Below are positions 15,655-24,712 of a stretch of 64,000 nt of DNA, one piece after another. The stretch spans positions 1 to 64,000 of IMG/VR virus record IMGVR_UViG_3300035158_000183; one strand, written 5' to 3'. Origin of the DNA: a virus. The notes under the pieces were generated by a model. The model saw only the letters and a list, made by a program, of their open reading frames with translations. It ran no database searches and was not told where the DNA came from. Numbering within the stretch: position 1 is the stretch's first letter; every line of letters begins with the position of its first letter. Position numbers and translations under genes: made by a program.

Positions 15655-16853
15655 CTAAGCTAATATGTGTAACATCCCGAAATAATAACAAATACTATGA
15701 CATGACCGAGATCGACGGGGAGATTCATGTCAAGTATGGCAGGGTGGGTGTCACTGAGCAGACCGCTAGGTACCCCATGAGCAAATGGGACTCCCTCCTC
15801 CGCTCTAAGATTAAGAAGGGCTACAAGGATGTCACGGAACTGCGAGTCGTGGACGAGGTGGGTGACTTCCAGCAGATATCCAACGATGTCATAGCCGCCA
15901 TCGTCGGGGAATTACAGGCCTACGCCAAGAGGTCAGTCCAGAGGAACTACACCATCAGCTCAGAGGCAGTCACCCAGAAGCAGGTGGACGAGGCCCAGAG
16001 ACTGCTAGACAAACTTGCTGGGGTAGCCTCCAAGAAGCGCATCAAGTACCAGGAGTTCGACGACATACTGCTGGAGTTGTTCCAAGTGATTCCCAGGCGT
16101 ATGGGCAACGTGGCGGACCACCTACTGAAACCCCGTTCTGGCCAGGCACGGTGGTGGGACGACGCCCCGAGGATGGTAGCCACGGAGCAGGCTACCCTGG
16201 ATGTCATGAAGGGCCAGGTTTCGGTGAATACAGCCAAGAAGGCCAAGAAGGATGACATAGACCATACCACTATCCTAGATGCCATGGGGCTGGATATCCA
16301 AACCACCAGTGATAACGATATTAAGACTATCAGAACAGAGCTGGGTGGAATGAAAGGCCAGCTCGGGAGGTCCTTCCAGGTTATCAACAAGCGTACCCAG
16401 AAGAGGTTCAATGAGTTTGTTAAGAAATCCAAGAACAAGAAGCGGAAGCTGTTCTGGCATGGCTCCAGAAATGAAAACTGGTGGTCCATCCTCAACAGTG
16501 GTCTCGTACTTCGCCCTACGAATGCCGTTATCACAGGTAAAATGTTTGGATACGGGCTTTACTTCGCCGACCGAGCTAAGAAGAGCTACGGTTATACTTC
16601 GTGCAGAGGCTCATATTGGGCACGCGGATCGTCAGACAAAGGGTTTATGTCGCTTTACGATGTCCACCTCGGTCACAGCCTAGTTAAGAAGAGACACGAG
16701 GGATGGATGTACGATCTTACCCTTAAGAAACTCCGGGATAGAGGGGGTTATGATAGCCTCACCGCTCTAGGTGGGGCCGACCTGAGAAACAACGAGTTCA
16801 TCATTTACGATGAGAGACAGTGTACTGTCAAATACCTAGTGGAGGTAAGCTAA
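15642..16853 (+). CDS. WGR-domain poly(ADP-ribose) polymerase-like ADP-ribosyltransferase
   Basis: N-terminal NNNKYY..KYGRVG (WGR); helical LFQVIPR; catalytic LFWHGSR, GKMFGYGLYFAD..KSYGY, NNEFIIY (H-Y-E). Confidence 0.9.
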   Translation: MGQVAKLICVTSRNNNKYYDMTEIDGEIHVKYGRVGVTEQTARYPMSKWDSLLRSKIKKGYKDVTELRVVDEVGDFQQISNDVIAAIVGELQAYAKRSVQRNYTISSEAVTQKQVDEAQRLLDKLAGVASKKRIKYQEFDDILLELFQVIPRRMGNVADHLLKPRSGQARWWDDAPRMVATEQATLDVMKGQVSVNTAKKAKKDDIDHTTILDAMGLDIQTTSDNDIKTIRTELGGMKGQLGRSFQVINKRTQKRFNEFVKKSKNKKRKLFWHGSRNENWWSILNSGLVLRPTNAVITGKMFGYGLYFADRAKKSYGYTSCRGSYWARGSSDKGFMSLYDVHLGHSLVKKRHEGWMYDLTLKKLRDRGGYDSLTALGGADLRNNEFIIYDERQCTVKYLVEVS

Positions 16854-17086
16854 TGGGATTGAACAATGTTTATGCAGCAGGGAAAGGGAACCCGGATGGT
16901 TCTAATGGCGCCAGGAATGGCGGCATAGGATTCTTTGGCCTCCTGACTATAGTATTTATCATACTCAAGCTTCTAGGAGCCATAACATGGTCCTGGGCAT
17001 GGGTGCTAGCACCACTCTGGATGCCAGTCCTGCTCATAGTGATAATTGCTGTGATAGCTGGCATAGTCTTAAAGCTAAATTACTGA
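16853..17086 (+). CDS. Small membrane protein
   Basis: GGIGFFGLLTIVFIILKLLGAITWSWAWVLAPLW, a pattern common in phage membrane proteins. Confidence 0.75.
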   Translation: MGLNNVYAAGKGNPDGSNGARNGGIGFFGLLTIVFIILKLLGAITWSWAWVLAPLWMPVLLIVIIAVIAGIVLKLNY

Positions 17087-18072
17087 TGAGCGACAAGCTT
17101 AGAAAATATGCTGCAGAGAACTGCATTCTTGAGATAGTGGCAGGCTCCCACCTGTATGGCACCTCTACACCTGAGAGCGATGAAGACTATGTAGGAGTAT
17201 TCCTACCGCCACCAGAGTATGTCCTCGGACTACAATCCGTACAGGAAGTGGACTTCAGTGTCAAAGATAAGAGTGAGGATGGAAAGAACACTGCTGATGC
17301 CGTGGACAGAAAACTCTACGAGTTCCGCAAGTTCATCAATCTAGCCCTACAGAACAACCCCAACATCATTGAGATACTCTTTACTAATGAGCAGGCCATC
17401 AAGAAGATAGACCCTTATGGCCAACGACTACTGGCCCTCAGGAATTTATTCCCCAGCAGACAATGTGTGCCTAGGTTCTTAGGCTATGCTAAGAGTCAGA
17501 AGCACAAGATGATCATGCGCCGGGACCGCTTCAATGAGCTGAGGTTGGCCCACGAGGTTCTCAGCAAGTACGCCGATAAGGACGTGATGGCCGAGGTATT
17601 TACCACCTGTGACGTAGAATATTTTCCACCTGAGCAGGCCAACGGCGAGATGCTATTCTGGAAGAAAGTAGGAGGTACTCACATTCATGTAGGGGACATC
17701 TGCTTCGAGCCCGGCGTATACGTCAAGAAAGCCAGGAAGAAACTCAAGGAACGACTCGATAAAGTAACTAATAGAAGTGAGCTAATTCTTAAATATGGAT
17801 ATGATACCAAATTTGCATCACACCTCATCAGGCTACTCTATGAGGGTCTAATGCTCTTAGAATACGGTGAGTTGGAGTTCCCACTTCCAATGTCAAGTCT
17901 GATACTGGATATCAAGAATGGAGCCTGGGAAGTAGAGAAAGTTATTGAGTTTTCCGACGAACTGGAGAAGAAATACAACACAGCAGAGGAGAAAACTAAG
18001 CTCCCTAAGACTGCGAATTTCAAGAGGATTGAGGAGTTTACCATCAATACGATGCGTAATTGGCTTGGATAG
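17086..18072 (+). CDS. DNA polymerase beta superfamily nucleotidyltransferase (RlaP/Nuc-transf-like)
   Basis: GSHLYGTSTPESDEDYVG, NPNIIEILF, GYDTKFASHLIRL. Confidence 0.85.
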   Translation: MSDKLRKYAAENCILEIVAGSHLYGTSTPESDEDYVGVFLPPPEYVLGLQSVQEVDFSVKDKSEDGKNTADAVDRKLYEFRKFINLALQNNPNIIEILFTNEQAIKKIDPYGQRLLALRNLFPSRQCVPRFLGYAKSQKHKMIMRRDRFNELRLAHEVLSKYADKDVMAEVFTTCDVEYFPPEQANGEMLFWKKVGGTHIHVGDICFEPGVYVKKARKKLKERLDKVTNRSELILKYGYDTKFASHLIRLLYEGLMLLEYGELEFPLPMSSLILDIKNGAWEVEKVIEFSDELEKKYNTAEEKTKLPKTANFKRIEEFTINTMRNWLG

Positions 18073-18074
18073 TA

Positions 18075-18103
18075 TTGACAACCTCTCTCGCCTGAGCTAG
18101 CAT
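18075..18103 (+). promoter_or_regulatory. Sigma70-like promoter upstream of amidase
   Basis: TTGACA-17 nt-TAGCAT. Confidence 0.55.
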
Positions 18104-18122
18104 TTAAGCCAGGTGAGAGCAG

Positions 18123-18764
18123 ATGTCTACATTTATAATTGATGGGCGGTTTGTCCCGGCACCGAAGGGTATCACAGTTACAGACTATGTCTTTGATGGT
18201 GAGCCCTACTTCAAGTGTAAGACCAGAACTAAGCCGCTCCAACATCTTGTACTCCATGAGACAGCTGGTAGGACAGCCAAGGGGTGCAAGAAGACACTGC
18301 AGAGGAAAGGGTATGGCGTCCATCTGATACTAGACCGTAAGGGGGCGGTCTCCTGTCATGGCGACTTAGCTACTGAGGTTATGGTACATGCGAACCAACT
18401 CAATAAGACTAGTATCGGGATTGAAGTCGTAAATCCCTATGCTCCAAGCATTGCCAAGGGCATGAATATTCAGACTATTGCTGCACAGTGGTGGACTTGG
18501 GTCCCCAAGGGTGGCTCACGTTTATACGTGCTACCCTCGGATGCTCAACTCAAGACCCTAAGAGTCCTGATACCATGGCTGTGCGAGCAACTAAAAATAC
18601 CCTACATATTCCCCACAGCTCACCTGAACAAGAAGCAGCGGAAGATCAAGAGATGGCGGCTCAGGGCCAAACCAGACCCAGGAGTGGTTGCTCATGGTGA
18701 TTTCGCTAGCCATGCCGATGGACGCTATTTACTAGAGGACCTAATTAGTCAAGTGCGTCCATAA
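18123..18764 (+). CDS. N-acetylmuramoyl-L-alanine amidase (Amidase_2), probable endolysin
   Basis: LVLHETAG, HLILDRKG, HA..N..SIGIEV, VVAHGD. Confidence 0.82.
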   Translation: MSTFIIDGRFVPAPKGITVTDYVFDGEPYFKCKTRTKPLQHLVLHETAGRTAKGCKKTLQRKGYGVHLILDRKGAVSCHGDLATEVMVHANQLNKTSIGIEVVNPYAPSIAKGMNIQTIAAQWWTWVPKGGSRLYVLPSDAQLKTLRVLIPWLCEQLKIPYIFPTAHLNKKQRKIKRWRLRAKPDPGVVAHGDFASHADGRYLLEDLISQVRP

Positions 18765-18791
18765 TACCCCAGTACAAGGAGGAATGACGGT

Positions 18792-19541
18792 ATGAAGTGG
18801 ATACTTCCATATCTATTGTTACCTATACTACTAGCTACAGGATTCCATACATGTGCGCTACCACCAGCACCAGAGGTGGAAGAGCCTACACCAATAGTAG
18901 ATGCTGGCCCACAAGAGCCAGAGATTGAAGAGACAGCAGATGTCCCATGCCAGCCTGTAGACCGCAGGACCATGGTGGCAGAGGTAGTAGAGGTTTGGGA
19001 GATGTTCTTTGATGATGAAGGCGCTAAGTGGAACGACCCTCGTAGGGCCAGATTTGAGGACCATGCCAATGACCTAGTCGACATGGTAATCATGTACCAG
19101 AACCATCCCACTGACATTGGCGGGCAGCTGCCCTGTCATATAAATGACCATATATTAGTAGCCACATTGGTTACTAAAGAATCTTCAGTTACCTACAATG
19201 TGGTGGGCAGAAGTCACCAAGAAGTAGGGCTACTACAAGTTCATGGCAAAGCTTTGGCAGGATACAGTCGAGAGACCGTTAAGCACAACCCAAGGCTAGG
19301 CCTTATGCTAGGCACTCGCTGGCTCGCAAGTCAGATACAGGAGTGCCCCATACATAGGGTCGAAGGCGACAACACAAAATGGAGAGACAGTGACTGGTTT
19401 GGACCACTATCAGTATATGCCGGTGGCTATAAAGCCAAGAACCGCAAGACTGGGAAATGCTACACCTATAGGATTGCCAAAGAGAGGGTCAGCCTGACCA
19501 AGTTATACCGCTCCAGGATAAATGCCAACGACGTTGGCTAG
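18792..19541 (+). CDS. Lytic transglycosylase (SLT)-like protein with N-terminal anchor
   Basis: LVTKESS...EVGLLQV; hydrophobic N-terminus. Confidence 0.6.
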   Translation: MKWILPYLLLPILLATGFHTCALPPAPEVEEPTPIVDAGPQEPEIEETADVPCQPVDRRTMVAEVVEVWEMFFDDEGAKWNDPRRARFEDHANDLVDMVIMYQNHPTDIGGQLPCHINDHILVATLVTKESSVTYNVVGRSHQEVGLLQVHGKALAGYSRETVKHNPRLGLMLGTRWLASQIQECPIHRVEGDNTKWRDSDWFGPLSVYAGGYKAKNRKTGKCYTYRIAKERVSLTKLYRSRINANDVG

Positions 19542-19588
19542 ACATTAATCTACCTTACTGGTATTCTCGGCCCAGGAGGTGGTAGTTA

Positions 19589-19837
19589 GTGACCAACGCA
19601 GAGCAGTTAATCGAGGCTGTAAATTACGCTTCAGATAACTCAGTTGACTGGCAAGACATATTTGACTCCCCAGCAGATGCATCCAAGGTAGTAAGCGCAG
19701 CTCTTAAAGAGCGCCCGGACGAGAACGAAATGATATGTCTCCTGATCGCCCTGGATATTGACCATGCCTTCGAGGAGTGCACACTCAGGCAGACTTACTT
19801 GCAAACTTTAAGGCAACTGAAACGTAATTTAGCTTGA
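19589..19837 (+). CDS. Hypothetical protein
   Basis: AGGAGG SD, GTG start; TAGACA-17-TATTCT upstream at 19539-19567. Confidence 0.55.
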   Translation: MTNAEQLIEAVNYASDNSVDWQDIFDSPADASKVVSAALKERPDENEMICLLIALDIDHAFEECTLRQTYLQTLRQLKRNLA

Positions 19838-19862
19838 CATTATAAGCACTTAGAGGGATAAT
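19834..19862 (+). promoter_or_regulatory. Sigma70-like promoter
   Basis: TTGACA-17 nt-GATAAT. Confidence 0.55.
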
Positions 19863-19889
19863 AGGTAAAGGAAAAGACAAGGGAAAGCA

Positions 19890-20741
19890 ATGGCCTCAGC
19901 TACAACTCCCCAAATTCCAGTCAGGAAATCTCCTCAAGATTTAGAAGCCTATCAGGCAATAGGACCAGAGTTCAATCTCATACTAGCCGAGCTACTCCAC
20001 ATGGTCCAGATGAACGACGCAGATGACCACCTGGGCTCAGAGATTGATGAACAGTTCATGGAGCTGTGCCACATCAGATTCAGAGACGCCAAGCCCTACT
20101 TCCCATTCCGCACACAAAGGAACTACCTAGACCAGCCATTTGGCAGTGCCACATGTGTGTGTCGGAACCACCATATAGCACACGGTGACCCCGGTTGTGG
20201 TGTAGCATGCCCTGGCGACATACTAACAGTAGACTGTGGTGTATCAGTAGCCACACTCCCAGGGCGGCGCCTACATCTGGACAGCGCATTTACAGCAACG
20301 GTAGACTCTAAAACCATACCAGACTGGGTAAAGGCACCCCACAAAGCACTCCAGATGATAGTTGAGGAGCAGCCCAGGGATACCAAGCAGATAGCTGAGA
20401 TCATACAACAGGTAGCATCCGACCACGGCCTTCGGCAGGTGGTATCGCTAACCGGCCATGGGATAGGGTATGCCCTACATGAGGCACCGGTCATACACAA
20501 CGCAGTAGCAGACTTCAAACCCGTTGATTTATTTGAAGGCTTATGTTTCTGTGCTGAGCCCATCTATGTTAAGCCAGGTAAAGGCAGCAGTGGTTCATGG
20601 GTAGCTCAAACGTGCCTCGAAGACGACGGCTGGACAGTATCTACAGTATCCAGAGAGCCAGCTAGTCATTTTGAGACCACCTTTGGTGTAATTAATGGTC
20701 AGATTGTTGACCTGGTTGGAGTAACCAAATGGAAACTCTAA
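19890..20741 (+). CDS. map: Methionine aminopeptidase-like (M24A) peptidase
   Basis: Five metal ligands visible: GDILTVD, HLDSA, TGHGIG..LHE, AEP, SHFETT; also DGWTV. Confidence 0.85.
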   Translation: MASATTPQIPVRKSPQDLEAYQAIGPEFNLILAELLHMVQMNDADDHLGSEIDEQFMELCHIRFRDAKPYFPFRTQRNYLDQPFGSATCVCRNHHIAHGDPGCGVACPGDILTVDCGVSVATLPGRRLHLDSAFTATVDSKTIPDWVKAPHKALQMIVEEQPRDTKQIAEIIQQVASDHGLRQVVSLTGHGIGYALHEAPVIHNAVADFKPVDLFEGLCFCAEPIYVKPGKGSSGSWVAQTCLEDDGWTVSTVSREPASHFETTFGVINGQIVDLVGVTKWKL

Positions 20742-20764
20742 CGTTTTCCAAGGAGAGAAGAAAG

Positions 20765-21163
20765 ATGCAAGTATCGAAAGTATTCGTACACCCCTACCAG
20801 TCAGGCAGACTGCTCGGCTTTGCCGACGTCATACTCAGTCTGGACGACAGCAAACAACCCCACATGACCTGGTCTGGCGTTAAGCTATTCCAGAGCGATA
20901 ACGGCGGGGTCCATATCGGGCTGCCATCCAAGAAAGACGAGAAGGGCAAGGTCGACGAGAACCAGAAACCCATCTACCACCCCGTCATCAAGCTGGCAAG
21001 GGATGAAGAAAACCCCGGTCCGGCTGATGCCTTCTATGAGATGCTTCGCGTAGAGTGCGAGAAGGCTTACAAAAGCATGAGCGAAGAGAAGTCCAAGCCT
21101 AAGCCAGATAGCCCACAGCCAGCTAGCAATGATGACGTAGGCGAAAAAGACCTGCCATTCTGA
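20765..21163 (+). CDS. SpoVG-like nucleic-acid-binding protein with SSB-type acidic tail
   Basis: LLGFADVIL..GVKL..G.HIGLPSKK..IYHPV; ends DDVGEKDLPF. Confidence 0.65.
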   Translation: MQVSKVFVHPYQSGRLLGFADVILSLDDSKQPHMTWSGVKLFQSDNGGVHIGLPSKKDEKGKVDENQKPIYHPVIKLARDEENPGPADAFYEMLRVECEKAYKSMSEEKSKPKPDSPQPASNDDVGEKDLPF

Positions 21164-21177
21164 TCTAAGGAGCGTCG

Positions 21178-21957
21178 ATGCACTCTGAGTTCTACTACGG
21201 CATACCACAAACTCAATGGGATGAGCTACTGTTCCAAGCCGAAGATCTGCTCAGAGATGAAAGGCTAGGCCAACACCTGGTAGGAGCCTACCCAGCAGGC
21301 GACAGGATTTATGGGATAGATCGTCCCCCAGGGATAATGTGTCTCTATGTGGACTCAGTAGAATCCTTACTAAATCCAACCCTGGCTACAACCAAGTCCG
21401 CCGGACCATATGAGACCAATACAGGTCCAATCTGGATGGTTAACCTATTCAGCTGGATCAAATGGATAACTACAGCTACTAGCTGTACGGCCTGGACTGC
21501 CAACCTCCTACACCTCATACCCTCAGGTGACTTATTACATGAGGATGAAAGCATCTCCGATATCATAAGCCTGGCAAATCAGTATATAGTCAAGGTTGGT
21601 CCGGCTCCATATGAACGGTTAGAACCTGGCCCTATACCACTTAGTCACTACCTCCCTATGCGCACTATACTGATAGCAATGAAGACTGGTAAGTTTTACC
21701 CATGTATTAATCCGGAATGGGGTACAGTATTCAGGCTAAACGAACTCAATCCCCCAACCTACATCTCTGCTATGGATCAGGCCATCAGACTGTATATAAT
21801 TGGCCAATCTGACGAGGAGCCTACCGACATTCTACAGTCAGCCAGCCACTGGATTAACCAACAGCTGAAAGAGCTAGAATCAGGGTGGGCCTCTGCCAGA
21901 GAGCTTAAGGTCCAACTAGGTGAGGCTACTGCCAGCTTGTATAGGAACCTGATATGA
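21178..21957 (+). CDS. Hypothetical protein, possibly a degenerate nucleotidyltransferase fold
   Basis: AGDRIYG resembles GSxxYG but no DxD follows. Confidence 0.55.
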   Translation: MHSEFYYGIPQTQWDELLFQAEDLLRDERLGQHLVGAYPAGDRIYGIDRPPGIMCLYVDSVESLLNPTLATTKSAGPYETNTGPIWMVNLFSWIKWITTATSCTAWTANLLHLIPSGDLLHEDESISDIISLANQYIVKVGPAPYERLEPGPIPLSHYLPMRTILIAMKTGKFYPCINPEWGTVFRLNELNPPTYISAMDQAIRLYIIGQSDEEPTDILQSASHWINQQLKELESGWASARELKVQLGEATASLYRNLI

Positions 21958-22394
21958 GAGTAGTAGTGAACGGCTGCTTCGATAGATTACATAGCGGACA
22001 CAAGTACATTCTGGTACACGCTCTACGCATAGCCCATATATCCGACGGGAAACTACTAGTGTTATTAAATAGTGATGAGTCCGTCCGTAGGCTCAAGGGG
22101 CCAAACAGGCCACTCGAGACATGGGATATCAGGTCCAACAAAATACTTGAGTATCTACAGATATTCGCCCCAAGCATGATGCACCAGGTAACAGAGTTCG
22201 ATACTGAGGAGGAACTGGAAGAACATATACTCAAGTTCCACCCTCACATGATTGTTAAGGGGAACGACAGACCAGACGTTAGAGAGATAGTAGGATCTGA
22301 CCGTTTCCCCGTACTAATAGTGCCAAGGATACCAGGAGTATCCACTACAGAGGAGTTAAATGCCGACCCTGAGAGAGAAGAAACTACTAAGTAA
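21954..22394 (+). CDS. Heptose-1-phosphate adenylyltransferase-like (HldC/RfaE2) nucleotidyltransferase
   Basis: NGCFDRLHSGH, LNSDESVRRLKGPNRP, VKGND, GVSTT. Confidence 0.88.
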   Translation: MRVVVNGCFDRLHSGHKYILVHALRIAHISDGKLLVLLNSDESVRRLKGPNRPLETWDIRSNKILEYLQIFAPSMMHQVTEFDTEEELEEHILKFHPHMIVKGNDRPDVREIVGSDRFPVLIVPRIPGVSTTEELNADPEREETTK

Positions 22395-22599
22395 GTACGT
22401 TGCCGGGGAGACCAAGCGCTGCCTCAGCCTAGTCAAGATGGCCTTCCAGTGCGTAGGGGATCAGGTCCCACAGTTATCACTGGACTTGATGTACCGGGCA
22501 CTCGCTAGAGATGTTATTAAGGGCTGCCCCTACTTAGAATTCCACGAAGACCTGCAAAAGCAGTTGACAGAGCTTGAAGAGCAGGGTAAGGTCGAATAA
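22360..22599 (+). CDS. Hypothetical protein
   Basis: GAGGAG SD; sits within the operon. Confidence 0.5.
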   Translation: MPTLREKKLLSKYVAGETKRCLSLVKMAFQCVGDQVPQLSLDLMYRALARDVIKGCPYLEFHEDLQKQLTELEEQGKVE

Positions 22600-22611
22600 G
22601 AAGAGGGAGTG

Positions 22612-23022
22612 ATGGCAAAATTACACTTCATACAAGAGAAGCTACACATACCGGAAGTAGCCACCAAGGAGTGGGGTGAGGAACATATCATCTGCAGGCA
22701 TCCACATGCCTGTAAGGTAATGATACTTAAGCCCGGCTACCAGGTAAGCCTACACTGGCACAGGAAGAAGTCTGAGACATTTGTACTCATCAAGGGACAG
22801 CTTATCATCGAGATGATTACCCGAGAAGGCAAGACATACACACACCACCTGACAGAGGCATACTCCTCTGTAACACTACTCCCTAACACCCCGCATACAT
22901 TTTATTGCCCAGACGGGCAGCTAAAGCCGACTATATTTATGGAGGCTTCTACGAGGGACAGCCCAGATGACAGCTACAGAGTCTATCCCAGCGGGCCAAG
23001 ACCGGCTCCTGATTATAGGTGA
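22612..23022 (+). CDS. Cupin-fold sugar isomerase-like protein
   Basis: KEWGEE, SLHWHRKKSETF, TPHTF, EAST...DSYR. Confidence 0.8.
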   Translation: MAKLHFIQEKLHIPEVATKEWGEEHIICRHPHACKVMILKPGYQVSLHWHRKKSETFVLIKGQLIIEMITREGKTYTHHLTEAYSSVTLLPNTPHTFYCPDGQLKPTIFMEASTRDSPDDSYRVYPSGPRPAPDYR

Positions 23023-23914
23023 CTTGCTAATAGACGAGACGTATTACGTCAGCGTCCCTAAACTCTCCCCAGAGGCCCCAGTCCCCGTTGCTTGCCTCAC
23101 AGGCGGCCCTGTTTGTACACCTGGAGGTGCTGGCCTAGTCGCAGCATTTGCTGCCCGAGAAAATATCCCATCAGTATTTGCTACCTACTGCGATGAGGCC
23201 ACAGCTATGTGGCTACAGCAGACCTTCGAGATCCACACACTCACCTCCGGGCACCACGGCAGACTGGAAAACATCAAGAAGACCAGATATATAGACATGG
23301 CCACCGGCTATCACTTAATCCGGGTCGACAACGACAATATAGCTGACCGACCCAATGAGTGGGCTTACGAGTGCCTCCGTAGGAGCCTAGACCGTGCTTT
23401 CCGTGACTACCACATCCCTATAGTCCTAATAGCAGACTATCGGAAAGGACTCCTTGAGGACGAGGATACTGTATACTGGATCATTCGCCAGGCGCATAAA
23501 CACAGGGCCAAGATATATGTAGACAGCCGGGCTACAGATCTAATTAAATTCACCGGAGTAGACGTACTGAAGCTCAATGACAGTGAATTTTCGTCTGCGA
23601 AGCGCGCTCTCAACGCCTCCCATGAGGGGCAAGTGATGGAAAACCTTGGTGTTTCACGCCTGATAGTGACGAGGGGCGCCGGGGGTGCAGAGCTACATCA
23701 TAAAGGCAGGGCCATAGAGGCCAAGCCAGACCTAACCGGCTTTACAGGTACCCCCGATGTCACCGGGTGCGGGGACATGTTCGGCGTGACATTTTGTAAT
23801 CATTGGGGTATAAAGGATATAGCTCCTGAGGATGCCATTAGAACGGCAGTCCAGAGGGCTACTGAGCTTGCATACGAGCCCATAGGAGAAAGGCTATATG
23901 TCCCTGACGTTTGA
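22967..23914 (+). CDS. Heptose-7-phosphate kinase-like (HldA/RfaE1, PfkB family)
   Basis: IGDLLID, LSPEAPVPV, PGGAG, KTRY..LIRVD, DYRKG, VTRGAGG, DVTGCGD. Confidence 0.88.
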   Translation: MTATESIPAGQDRLLIIGDLLIDETYYVSVPKLSPEAPVPVACLTGGPVCTPGGAGLVAAFAARENIPSVFATYCDEATAMWLQQTFEIHTLTSGHHGRLENIKKTRYIDMATGYHLIRVDNDNIADRPNEWAYECLRRSLDRAFRDYHIPIVLIADYRKGLLEDEDTVYWIIRQAHKHRAKIYVDSRATDLIKFTGVDVLKLNDSEFSSAKRALNASHEGQVMENLGVSRLIVTRGAGGAELHHKGRAIEAKPDLTGFTGTPDVTGCGDMFGVTFCNHWGIKDIAPEDAIRTAVQRATELAYEPIGERLYVPDV

Positions 23915-24110
23915 CGAGAGAATGGACGCCCTGGAGGCCCTAATGACTAGGGTAGCTAATGATGCAAGCGACCTAGCTACTGATGATGAGATTGATGCTG
24001 TGGTAACCCAGATATTTGACGAGACGATCCAGGATCTACGAGACAGGACTACTGCTCTTAAGAATAACCTGGACATAGTTGAGAGGACTATATCCACAGC
24101 GAACGGATAA
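23898..24110 (+). CDS. Small coiled-coil protein
   Basis: AGGAG SD; heptad pattern. Confidence 0.55.
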   Translation: MSLTFDERMDALEALMTRVANDASDLATDDEIDAVVTQIFDETIQDLRDRTTALKNNLDIVERTISTANG

Positions 24111-24114
24111 CCAC

Positions 24115-24378
24115 ATGTCAAGGAGTGCACACGCGCAATCCACTTACAAACTAAGAAAATTACCAAGATGCTCCAGATGCAACGTAGAATTTATCCTAGT
24201 CATGGTCAGCTACGCAGACCTGGCCAAACCAGTCTGGGAATGGGAATGCCCAAAATGCCGGAAGACTGTTGCTAGGGAGCTACTACAAGAAGAAACCCCA
24301 CGGAAGGACGAGGCATACATCAGTCAAAGATGTGAAGCACTAAGAAAAGAAGATGGAAAGCGCCGTAGTCGTCGATAA
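24115..24378 (+). CDS. Zn-ribbon protein
   Basis: CSRC...CPKC. Confidence 0.55.
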   Translation: MSRSAHAQSTYKLRKLPRCSRCNVEFILVMVSYADLAKPVWEWECPKCRKTVARELLQEETPRKDEAYISQRCEALRKEDGKRRSRR

Positions 24379-24712
24379 ACTCTGCAGAATTCTTAACGAA
24401 GCCGAGGTAACACAGCAGGACATGGTCCCTGTGCTCTCCCAATTGTTATTTTCTATTGGGGCCTCGTTGGAGAATTGTGGCAAAGTTACGTCTGAACAGG
24501 TGCTACGGCAGTATGCTACCAACCCCACTCTAGGCAATGCCTTGATGGCCCAAGCCCTCCAAATGAAGGAGACGTGGGTAACCGAGGAAAGGGAAGACGA
24601 TGACCGTGACACCGCAGAAGACATTCCGAGAGAGGCAGATCGAGGGGAGACTGCCACTACCGTTCGAGCTGTACAAGGGAGTGAAGGGGAAGCTTGGAGC
24701 GATGAGGCTTAA
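24353..24712 (+). CDS. Hypothetical protein
   Basis: ORF in gene run. Confidence 0.55.
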   Translation: MESAVVVDKLCRILNEAEVTQQDMVPVLSQLLFSIGASLENCGKVTSEQVLRQYATNPTLGNALMAQALQMKETWVTEEREDDDRDTAEDIPREADRGETATTVRAVQGSEGEAWSDEA

